A stretch of DNA of 64,000 bases from Isurus oxyrinchus (Eukaryota), in assembly GCA_026770705.1 (NCBI GenBank), contig JANJGN010000034.1, forward strand, positions 5,642,001-5,706,000, read 5' to 3'. Each line of letters begins with the position of its first letter. The first letter of the stretch is position 1. The translations under genes and the position numbers were made by a program. Shown piece after piece: positions 43,401 through 55,400 of the stretch. A model generated the notes under the pieces. The model did no database searches, had not been told where the DNA came from, and was given only the letters and a program-made list of their open reading frames with translations.

Positions 43401-46400
43401 TACTCCGACATTAAATAACACCATTGCTGATTACATAATGGTTGTTCTGATACAGAATCAATTCTGAACATGTCTTCTTTTTCCCTCTAGAAATTCGCAA
43501 ATTGAAGAATGCTTTGGAAGACAAATGTGAGGAATATGGACCGTTATTTTGCGTACATTTTCAGATGCAAAATTGTAACTTGATGCCTATGGGACTGTAT
43601 TCGCAGGCGTTATGACATTCCTTGCCCTCTATTCACAGCCCATGGTATGTTATTCTGTCCGCTTAAGCATGAGGGTCGGATCGGTTTTCCCAAAACTGCA
43701 CTTGATCTATTTCTGGGTCAAGATCTAAACACATAACAGAAGTAGATGTTAGCAAAAAATGTTTTTGTTTAAGAATGGCATGGACAGACCTGCGCACTTT
43801 AATGGAGCACAAAGTCGGATGTGCATGGAAGCACGTTTACTTTACTTGCAGAAGATTTAGAAAAATACAACTTGAAATGTGTGATTATTGATTTGACACT
43901 CAGTGATTCCAGATGCTTCATATCTACTGTTATTCAAGGGAATTATTGTATAAACTTAATTCTTATTATGCCTGACCATGTTTCAAGCTACATTGATTCG
44001 GACGTTTCCAATCAACACATCACGACTGTCATTTTCTTAACAGTTCCTGGGAACGTCCTTGACAGTTACGGTGAGTAACATTGATTAGCATGATCTGCAC
44101 GGAACCTGGCGTAGCCTCTAGCACTAACAAAAATAGATAGCTTTAATCTGTTAACCTTCCCAAAAATGAGCTCAGGAATAATTCGTTTGTCACATGAACG
44201 CGAGCATAGACCTCTTGGGTGAAAGATCTGTTCCAGGTTCTTTAACGCTGTTATTCACAAAGCTGATGAACACCCCAAATGTCACCTAAACTCACTCACT
44301 ATGAGCTCTGAACAATTTAGGAGTAAATATCGACCTATGGATCGTTCGTTGCAAATTTGTGTGAGCCTTTGGTGTTGCAGGTGTCATATTCAAATCGTGT
44401 TCAAGTAGCACAGTTCTCATTATAAATGGCAACTTTTTATTTCGTAAAAACAATGCGATGAACTATTTTTCCCAAATTCAATTTGCTGTGCCTACTCCCG
44501 TACTGATCTGCAATATATATCCCATTACAGCTAAGGAGCTGAAGGAATGTGAACAAGGTACATTTGCTACTTAAGTTCATTGAGACATGAGATTTCGAAA
44601 TAGATCATTACAAGTTGGTTTGTTTTGATCGGAAGAGTAAAATACTCCATAGAATAAGCAGCCTGAATGCGGTAGATGACCAAAGAGACCTAGCACTACA
44701 GGTTAAAAAATTCAGAAGGGAGAAAATACTGCAGCACATGTTATCCAGGTCAAAAATGGGTGTACAGGCCGAAGGCTTATCTCTGTAGAACTGAATTGAA
44801 AGCAGAGATAATGCCCACGACTTCCAGTGGAGTTTCCCATGAGTCTATTTGCCACTCCAGCCATAAATGACGAAACAGGGAGAATAACTGTAAAGTCCAA
44901 TCAATGTCAACTTATGTATAGACCCACACAATTTCTAAAAACATAACAAGAGCTTCTGCACTTTTGAGTATGCCCAGACTTTCCATTGAGTTTCACTGCC
45001 AATGGCTCCCATTAGAAGAATTGTACCATAGGCGACATGGCAGCGTATTTGCATTCAGCAAGCTCCTACAAGCAGCACGGTGAAAACTAGCGGTCCATGT
45101 ATAAGTGGCTCTGGTTCGAATAATCTGCCTAACTTGTTCAATCTTACGCCATTGAGATCTATTGAATGCATTCGGGAGAGCAGGTTGTTTCTTGCTTCCC
45201 GTGCAAGCTCGATGGTGGGTGGTGGAGGTAGGGATCGCTGACTATGCTCACGTGCCTCCGGTACAAAATGGCCAAAGGGACTTTTTTAGGAGAGGTGAGC
45301 AGGGTAACATTAATCCACGTGAATCGACTAATGAGAACCGGGCGAAAGCGCCTAGATTCCCCTCCCCCACCCCCCACCGCGCTCCCCCCCCCCCCCACCA
45401 CCCCACTGTATCTTTCCATCTTCACCCCGTTCCTCAGTATGACAATAGGAATGTCACCTTTCGGGGAGCGAGCTCTTAGCCGACATCTGCTCTGATGGAT
45501 TGAAATTGGTCGCAACTGGTTATTTTCAATCGCTTACTCACATTACCTGTGTTGATATACACTTCATTGAAGTGAAAGACATTAATTGTTAATTTGGTTC
45601 TGTGACGAGTGGCATAAATGTACTATTGCTGGTCTAGCCTCCTGAGCCAAAATAAATATCCATATTAACTTCTTCTGAGAAGAGTCACACAGGTCCAAAA
45701 AATTTACTTTCATTCTCCTTCCACAGATGCTGCTGGATCTGCTGAGTTTTTCAGCATTTCCTGTTTCTCTGTTAAAGTGTTCTCATAGAGCAAATTCATG
45801 TTACCGATTTCTACACAGAACGGAACAAGACGAGGAAATATCTGAAAGAAACAGGTGAATTGAGCAACTATTGTCCGATGTGTATTTCGAATTATGGTGA
45901 TAACTTAAGTATCATTTATTTAATTACTACATAGTCAATTCATACATTTTCATGATAGCTGATTACACAGACCGTAAATATGTGGTCGTCATCGTTACTC
46001 ATCATACATAAACAAATAATCAAAGCAATTTTTCATGGGAGAAAGGTCAAGCAGGGATTAACCAGTTTGGAACTGAAAACAAAATGAACTGATAACTAAT
46101 AAGGTCATTCAAAATCATTCAAAATAATAAGTGGTTCCTCCTTAATTGTTGTAATGAGTGCAATTCTAAACACAAAATTTGAAGACAATTGTTACCGCAG
46201 AAGCAATTCAGGAAAATTGCTCTAGTAATCAAGAACTTTCGTCACATAGGTAGATTGGAGAAACTGTGTATTTTTGGATAATACAAGGTTCAGAGCGGCA
46301 TTCAAAATCAGGTGGGGTCTGCAGAAAAAAGGTAGGCATTAGTTCTTTGCAATGATGAAAGAATCGAGAGCAAGGGTGCAGAAGTGTAAGGTAATGGGGT

Positions 46401-49400
46401 GTAAATAAAAGAACGTGCAATTGGAGACATGCGGAGAAACGTTTGTTTATAGTCACGCATCGTGTTTAAGATGTTAATTGGGCTGGTTGATAACGTGGCG
46501 AAAGGATTAATTCTTCGTATTCAAGAGGAAACTGTATTGCTTTCTCAAAAACCTCTACCTCTAACCCTAACCCAAACTTGCAGCTTTTCATGTGGAGAAT
46601 GCGATTAAGTCACTTGTTCTTTCGGAAAGCCGGCACATTGAATTGCATCCTTCTGTGCATGTGTCAATTCTGATATACTTATAAACCTGTGCTATACAAT
46701 GACGGGTTTTTTTTTAAATATAACTTGAGCATTCAATGAAAAATGTAAGTAATCACATTTGTGCCACGAAACATGGACCTGAAGCCCTATCTCACTCAGA
46801 AAGCCGACACATGCGCAGTTTATCTCGCTGCTGATGCGCTACCTCCACCGCCTTTGTACCGGAACCTCAGGCTTTCCGCTTCTCGCTCTGCACTCGATCC
46901 AAGCCGTCTACTCGTTGCTACATACGCCTGTGAGCTTGCTGCTGTGCGCTGTTCACTCTTCACTCATTCCGCCCACGCTCACCAGAGTTTGCGACGCGCC
47001 ACACATTCTTTCGTCCACATCCTGCTATTCGATCAGGTGGGCTGGCGAAAGGGACTGTGGTGGCAGGCAAACGATTGGAAAGGGCTTGAGTTGCGAGTGG
47101 TAGATCGATGCGAATATAACAAAAATTTCAGGATAGGGTAGAAGCCGCAAAGTGAGTTGCAAAGAGAGCAGGAAGATGTGGGATGCTTCAGGGAATGGAA
47201 AGGATGTGGATTGGAATTGTTAAGGAAGGCGGACAAGTTGGGAGCCACGTGTCATTGTGAATGGGAGTGGCAAGCACCAGGGTAGCAAGAACGGGAGGGA
47301 GCGTGGTTTATTTGTAAACTGTGGGGTTTATGATGAAGGCAACGCCCTAGGACGTCGTTGAATGACAGAGAACCGGGGAGGGACAAATTTCACAACTTTC
47401 ACAGGCACCATGAGCATAACTCCCAATACCTGTGCTGTGGGATTCCAGCCAATCCACCAACCGATTGAAAGAATTGAATCTGAACTAATCAGCTCATTTA
47501 ATTTCCATCTGTGCCAACAAGAGCAGCCACGCATAAGAGGTGCTCCAAAATGAATATTCAACCGGACTAGAAGGCAGAAGACCGGCCTTTAATTGGATCC
47601 ATTCATTTCGCACAAAAGGCTCCCTTAGTTCAACAGCTAAGGTCGAAATCACGCTATGCCGAATGACTCCAGCAGCATGTTCAATCCGCAGAGAAGTTCA
47701 GCTAGTTCCTGCAGAGGGCGCCATTTTTATTTCTCATAACCATATCGTGCTTTAAATCATGATTGTCAAATATCGGGAAAAGCAAAGACACGTTTCTACT
47801 GAGCAAAGCTCATATAACTGAGCCCGAACGGGAGAAATAATTTCTAGCTATGAGGCTCCCATGCCCCCTTCCAGCTACCACCCCGCCTATTTCATTTCCA
47901 GTTTTGATGCAACATCAAAATTGTCACAGCCTTTTTTCCACATTTTGATTCTCCGATTCAAATGATGTTGCTCCTATGGAATTATATTATTATTATTATT
48001 TTTGCAGAGGATAAGTTGAACCAGTGTTTGAAAGGTGAATCATTTGAAAATATTCCTTCAGATTTTTGTTTAACAATACTTCCATAGTTTTGATTGAGGG
48101 ATTCGCTCTGGCAATTTAATGTTCATGGCATGGAGGCATTAAAATACATAGAGCAAAAGTTACATTCTCCTGAATTAGTATGAAGTAGGGAAGGGAAATC
48201 AGCATAAATTGACTAATTTAACTAAACTGTCTGATTTTGAGGAAGTGTCTGCAAGTGATTGTAAGGATATTCTAGTGCCCTTCTTCAGTTCTCTGACTGA
48301 AGGAAGTTCTGACCCACAGCACTACCATGCATAGGGCGAGTAGACGAGTCCCGGAAGCACCGCATCTGAATCCGGGCTCGAAAACTGTGCTGTTGGGTCG
48401 AAATTACTCCAGACCGGCCATTCAACCACAAGCAGGTGAGAGAGTTTAACGTAAATGTCAAAACAAGAAAAAACATTAGCGTTTTATTTAAAAAAAAACA
48501 TTAAATGCCTGGTGTGTTTAGGGCCTGGAATAACCTATGAGGGCCCCTGTTGCAGTCAGATTCTATCATGGATTCGAAAAGTGTATTGTCAGATGGTAAA
48601 TAATATGTAACGTTGAGGGAGGGAAATGGGCCAGTGGTTTGAGGTATGTTGGTTTTTGCTGAGAGACAGCGCTGGAATGTCGGCTGAAAGGCCTATTTGT
48701 TTTAGAAACACATGAATCTATGGTTTTACTTAATTCTTTATTCCGACCACTTCTTTCCCTGATCCTCAGCACTGGACGATAAATGCAAAACCGATGGTAA
48801 GTAGCCTAAATGTAGAATCAATTGGAATGCCATCCTAACCTGTTTCTCTTATGCTTCATATTTGTGTGAATTAGTGATTGCAGCACATGGCTCCGAAGAG
48901 ATTGTGAACAATTCTGTCATGAACATGAGTCATAAAATAATAGCAATGTTACAAATTAAAATGCAGTGCTGAAGCAGACCAAAAGGCCAAAAATATCGAT
49001 GCTGTTGCTTAAGACGCACGCAAAATTCTTTGCAGCACCCTTCACTAACTCAATCATTATATCGATAAATTGCTTTCTCCATCATCTGCCGATGACAAGT
49101 GCAAACATTATGCATTTAACTATCTTTTTTAAACATCTCAAAAACTTGGAAATTTAAGTCACACCCCAACCATTGCATTTTATGCTTCTGGAAGAAACCT
49201 TAAAGGTTTAACAATATATCATGACAGCGAGTATCACTCAGTTATAGTCCTCTTCACATACGCAATGCCCACATAACCTTTAGTGCCTCAGCGTAATTTA
49301 ATAACATGCCATTAAAAATGGCTCAGGTTAGTGAAATTTGTATAAAATGAAAATATATCTTCTTCATGAATTTATTTATTTTCAAAAGCAATTCCCTCGA

Positions 49401-52400
49401 AATAATGTCCAGTACTTTTGGTTCTTCGCACGTTCTAACTCGTGTGGCTCCATTTATTGACCTGTGGACCTGTAATCTTCGTTCACTTTGCTTTTCTAAT
49501 CCATTTAAACATGAAATTTCCAGAGGGCATGTTGCCTCATTAATATTCCTACTGAAATGTGTTACGTGGAACGTATCTATATTGAAATTGAAGTATTATT
49601 TTCATGGTCACTTTGCCAGTAATTGGATGACACCTATTAATTTAACTTAATATAATTCCATATTAACTACAGATCAAATTTTATGCCATTTGCGAAATTT
49701 ATATTCCTTTACTGTACTCTCGAGTTTAATTGCTTTATATTGAAGCTGTACAGCTATGGAGCAAGCACTGCCCCTTGTGGATAATCATTTCCCACCAGTT
49801 CCCAATGCCAGTAAAGAACATTACCGCCTATTTGCCGTTTTATGTTCTTGAGACAGCTTGTCCTCCAGCCCTCATTGTCAGTAGTGGCGTTGTATATTCT
49901 CCCATTAGTCCAAATAACTTGTTATTTCATTGATTATCCATGATACTTCATTCTGGATTGCCAGTTTAAATGAATAGATTTGATTGTGCGATTTGTTGGG
50001 TTTGGGGTGGGGGAGAAAGTCCATCCTCACTGTACCATGGACTTGTCTAATTTCACGCCATTTGGATATCACCTGACGCCATTAAATTGCTAATGCTATC
50101 TTACATCGGACGTATTAAGCAACTGAATCTTTAGCCGAGAGAAAATCTTCTGTCATAATTCTGAGTTGCACTTCCCCGTTCATTCTAGATCATCGCCTGG
50201 TTGATGCAAAGGCTGGTAAGAAAGTGGTTTCCAATATCTTATTCGAACCCTTATATATTTGGCCCATTGTCTTGCAATATTATTAGAACTGTACATTCAG
50301 TGACTCTAACCCGCCAATGCACCTCAAGCTGTGTCTTTACTGGTTTCCTATGTGCCTCTCTCATTGTTTAAGAGCTGCTAGAATTATAGCTTTCAAAGGC
50401 CCATATTTCTGTAGCTTCTGAAGAAGCCTTAATTGATCATTACAACTTGTGATCCAATTAAAGCACTATGATATCTCGCTTGAAAAATAAATGACTGGAA
50501 TGAACTTCAAAGGCACTGATCAACTGTGAGCTAATTGAAGAAGCGTCCTCAGCGGACTGATCGACTGATCGACTTACTGCTGCTGGCGAACTAACTCAGC
50601 CGTTTTGAATGTTCAAGAATATAACTCAAGCGTTGTAATTGTGCGAAACGCTGCATGAAAGATCAGTCCATATTCAAATTCCATTTGTGCCCAGAGCCAT
50701 TTCTAAATGCTAGCGTTACATTGCTAAAAATGGTTGAAAAATACAATTTAGCAGTCCACCCCGGTTTGCATTTACAATGAAATCAACTGGTGGAAGCGGA
50801 AAATATTCTAACCATCTTTCTCTTCATGTTTCATGGAAAAGGTTTACAGCCGAATACCAAAGGATAATTTCGGATGCATGATGAATAGTATTTCATCGTT
50901 GCCCCAGGCTCATATTAAGCAAGATTTACGATTCATTCCAGGGTATTTTAAACACAATCCATTCAAAGAAGCATGCATTGTAGCAGGAAACTTTTCTTCT
51001 CCCCAGAAATTCTGCTGGCTCTTCCGAAACTTACAATCAATTGGTCGTGCTCCGCTTCCTGACCTTGCATTTTCTTCCAGTCGTCAAAGCATGTCAAATT
51101 AATTTATTAGGTTCGCCATTGAAAGCGCTTGGACCACCCTTTCAGTCAATAAATTGCAAATCTTAATAATTTGTTAACTGAATAAAACACGCCTCGTCCC
51201 ATGTTCCTTAACCCATTATCTCGCAGGAAGTCACATTGCTTCATTATTGGAAACCTATCCTTTCCTAATCTATCAAACACGTGACGCCTTCAAACATATT
51301 TATTTTATCTTCGTTCTAACGAGAACAAACGCCTTTAAAGGCAGTCCTAGTAATAATAATAATCATTATCATCATTATTATCTGCAGAGCTTGCAAAGCT
51401 GAAAAAGGATCTGAAAGATAAAGGTAAACAAATCAATGATTAGCTGATTTTTTTTAAAGAGTTTTTTTTTACCTTCAGACATTTTCATTGAAAGCGTTCT
51501 AAACTAAAAAAGGCATCGATGTGCAACGGTGGAAGCGTTATAGCTATCAAAGTCACAGCAAAGTAAAATAGTGTGGGGTTGGGGGAGCGGGGAGTCTAAT
51601 CTGCATAACTGTCATTATACGGTTGCTACCTCCATTCACCGGAATGACATACAGAGGCAAAGATCAAATTATCAGTACAGGTTCAACGATTTCTTTTTTT
51701 TTTGGCTTTCTTTTGTTTGTAGGAAATCAAATGGTTATTTCCATGATCCGTTCAGGATCATAATTGATAGGTTGGTATAGCCGCTGGTCGCGGAGAACAG
51801 AACTGGCTGACGCAATTTGAGACCTAATACATTCAGGCATGGTATCAGGAAGCAGTGCATCACACAGAGAGCAGTAGAAGACTGAAGATCTTTGCTGCTA
51901 AACATGTTAAAGCAGGGTTTTTTGACTATTTGCAAATGTAGACTCATAATAAAAAAACAGGGAAGTGATGCTGAGAAATTATCAACCATGATAGAATTGA
52001 AAGTATCGACACCATCGACTGATTGGCGTGTGCCTGTTTACCTGTTCCTAAGTACGACACTTGCAGCGTCAGATTGTAGATATTGAATAGAATCTGGCCT
52101 GTCCTCTACCTATTATTGGTTCGCCATTATAAAATTAGACGTCCGAAAAGCATTTGTTTCAAACTGCCAAATTTATTGAGCAAGAATAAGATACATTAAA
52201 TAAAGACAATTCCATTTTCACTAAGTTCAGTTTGGCGATATATGCATTATTACTGTAAAACATCACAGTTGCTATTCAGACCGCTTTCATTTGGTATTAA
52301 TTAAATTATCAGATCAGAAACATCAACGAGCATGCAATGGTGAGTATACAAAACAAATGCTCACCTCACTAGTCTTTTGGGCATATAATGTGTCTTTCAC

Positions 52401-55400
52401 CCATCAGGGTAGGAGTGAATGTTGGCTGGCGGGTCACCTTGCCCCATGTCCAGCTAATCTGTTATACCACGCCCACACTTTCCGCCACCACCGGCAACAC
52501 TTTGTACTACAGCGGACATCTAATTCAATTAAATTGAATCAATTTTCAGACCTCCAGTGAAGCGTAGCTGCATATCTTTAATTCCACACATTAATTTTTC
52601 ATCACAGTGGATTTTTCTAAGTGAGTGCACGTTAGGTGCTCTTTGAGAGTGGTTTGAACTACTCTGCTATGTTTCTGTTTATTTTGAAGAGATCGAAGAG
52701 CTGCTTGAAAACACAGGTAAGCAACTGGATATTTGAGACGAATATTGTAAAGTTAACTTATGCTTTATCTATATAGGTTTAGCAGCCATTCTACAAAGCA
52801 AAGGGAGAAGCGGCCCTATGCGATAAGACAGACAACATTAAGGAAAAAAGCTTTATTGTTGCTTTGCCTTTTGAATTCCATTGAAATTCTGAGAAACAAG
52901 TTTTGGTGGGTGTGCACATTCCTGGGGGTGAGGTGGCGTAAATTCAAAATGTTCATTCATTTCCTTTGTATATAAACGGTACTGTATCTCCCCTGTTAGA
53001 TACAGTTAGCATGTCTGATAGGAATAAAGTGACAAAGGTTAAAAGCAGATGGCGACTATATTACCGAAATGGTCAAAATGTTACAAAACCATTTTCAGAA
53101 AACATGTCCATAAACGGAACATTTTCTACATCACAAGCTAAACCCGTATTTATATCCACATCAGTACTAATATTAAACTTGAAATCTATGTTATTAATAA
53201 AGTAAGGTTTTATTTTAATTAATCTACAATGTGACGGCGTCACTAAATGTCATGGTAATTCTCCATGCCTAATTTTTCTGGAGTGTGTGACGTTGAGATG
53301 AATTCTTGAATACATCTGACTGGCGAGCTAGGACATATCGGATGGCAGCTGATATTTAGCCACTCTGCTGTTTACCTGGAGTGATAAAATGGTTAGGTCA
53401 CATCACGATGATAATTTATTTCCATAACTTACGTTTGATAAAAGACGGGACTTTTGCAACAGTGGGTGGTTTCATGATCATCTTTGCAGGTATTCTCCTT
53501 TGAACTTACCTTTCACAGATTCTGCGATTGGATTGGAATTAATGCCTCTGGATCATTAAGGAAATCAAAAAATGGCATAGATCACACCAGGAACAGACGG
53601 TGCATTCAGTCTGCACCGCCACTGAATCCAATCGTGGCTCATCGATCTCGCCTCTATCTATCACACACCCCGACATGGTTGGGTTCCCTGGGAGATCAAG
53701 TATAAAAGCAATCATAAATGTGCATATTTTCAAAAATGGAAATAAATTCCCCTTGGGATAAAAATGTCGATAAGCCGCTGAATTAATCGATTTCCATCCA
53801 TGTCCAACCCAAACGATTGAAAGTTAAACCTATGGTTGCATCTCCATTTGAAGATTCCGCAGAGAGGTGAAACAAACTGTAGGTGTTTACATGAGTCTCT
53901 TTATGAATAGCCCAGCAACATGACCTTAATTATATCACACCACGATTTACCTGATATAAAATCAGTAATTGCAATAAAGCAAACTAATTGCAAACTTGTC
54001 CACATGTGGGCGTACCTAGTTCCTTTAGCAGACATACCAAGGTTCCATGGGTAAATTCGAATTACGGAAGAATAGAATCAAGAATGAGAGATAGTGAGGG
54101 AAGGAAGGCAGTTCTTTTGTCAAATAGATATTAAGTGTGCAAGAATTGTCATAAATCAGTGGAAATATAAAACAGATTTATTGTCCAGAGCGAGGTGCAG
54201 CAAACTAATGTGTCCACCAGAATTCAAAAAGCAGGCCAAAGGAACTCGAACTGACTCGGGTCAACGGGGGATATCACTGCAAATAAACAAAAGAAGCATC
54301 GATTTCGAGCCAGTGCATACCTCTAAATTTGGAAAAGACACTGGAACAGTTACAATGTTGGTTTTACAGTATTTCACTTTTACAATTCGAGACTCATAGT
54401 GGGGCAGAAAAAAAAATGGGCCAGGCCATTTTCGGTTACACTGAAGCCTCTGTCGAGGCACAGTCAGACCATTTAGTTAGCAGATAACTTACAATTCTGA
54501 CCGGGAGAGAACGATTTTCCTCACTGGAAGCTACCCAACATCAAATTAATCAAAGTGAGGAAAACCTAGCTTTCTTGCGGAGTTATCAGACTCTGTCCTT
54601 AACGACCTTCTGATGAGTCTGAAGATTCTGGGTCGGAACAGGTTGATTGATCGGCAATGCAAAGTCAAGCAAAAGCGTCAGTCAGTCTCTGGCAAAGCGA
54701 CAACACAATTTGCATGGTCAGCTGAACCTGGAGTCTACGAAATGTAATTTAGTTCCAGACGCAAGCATTTTTAAAAATAGCGGCAATTACGGAAATAACG
54801 AATTTGAGGTTTGGGGTCGGAGGGGGGTGAGAGTGGGAGATACAGAGGTTAGGAAATAGCCGATATAAAATCTTGTAAAGATTTTATGAAGAGTTAACGA
54901 AGGTAGGGTTGGAATTAATGACTCATGCTTTGCGGTTTGATTCAAAAGGAGAATTGTTGCTGTATAGCTTAGCCTGAACAATTAAATGAATTGAAATGCC
55001 AGAACTATAGGGAAAGGGAGACTTGCTTCATGGAACACAATACAGTGGGATTAAAGGATATCCCAGGAAGTCTTTGGAAGTTCTAGGTAGGACTAATTCT
55101 TCCAAAGCAAAGCACAGGGGATTAAATTAATATACGCACTAAATACGATCTGATTGACACCCTGATCTGTCTCAGGAGGCTGCAAAATCTATCCATGTAT
55201 TCTTGATTCTAGCTCTAAAAATAATCAATAGGCGTAAACAAAAACAGAATTAGCTGGAAAAACTCAGCAGGTCTGGCAGCATCGGCGGAGAAGAAAAGAG
55301 TTGACGTTTCGAGTCCTCATGACCCTTCGACAGAACTTGATTGTCGAAGGGTCATGAGGACTCGAAACGTCAACTCTTTTCTTCTCCGCCAATGCTGCCA

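Noticed and set aside
51723-51749. 27-nt segment after a very strong acceptor (GNQMVISMI)
   Set aside because: Poor donor (C|gttcag), no A/B similarity, and it would break the alternation.
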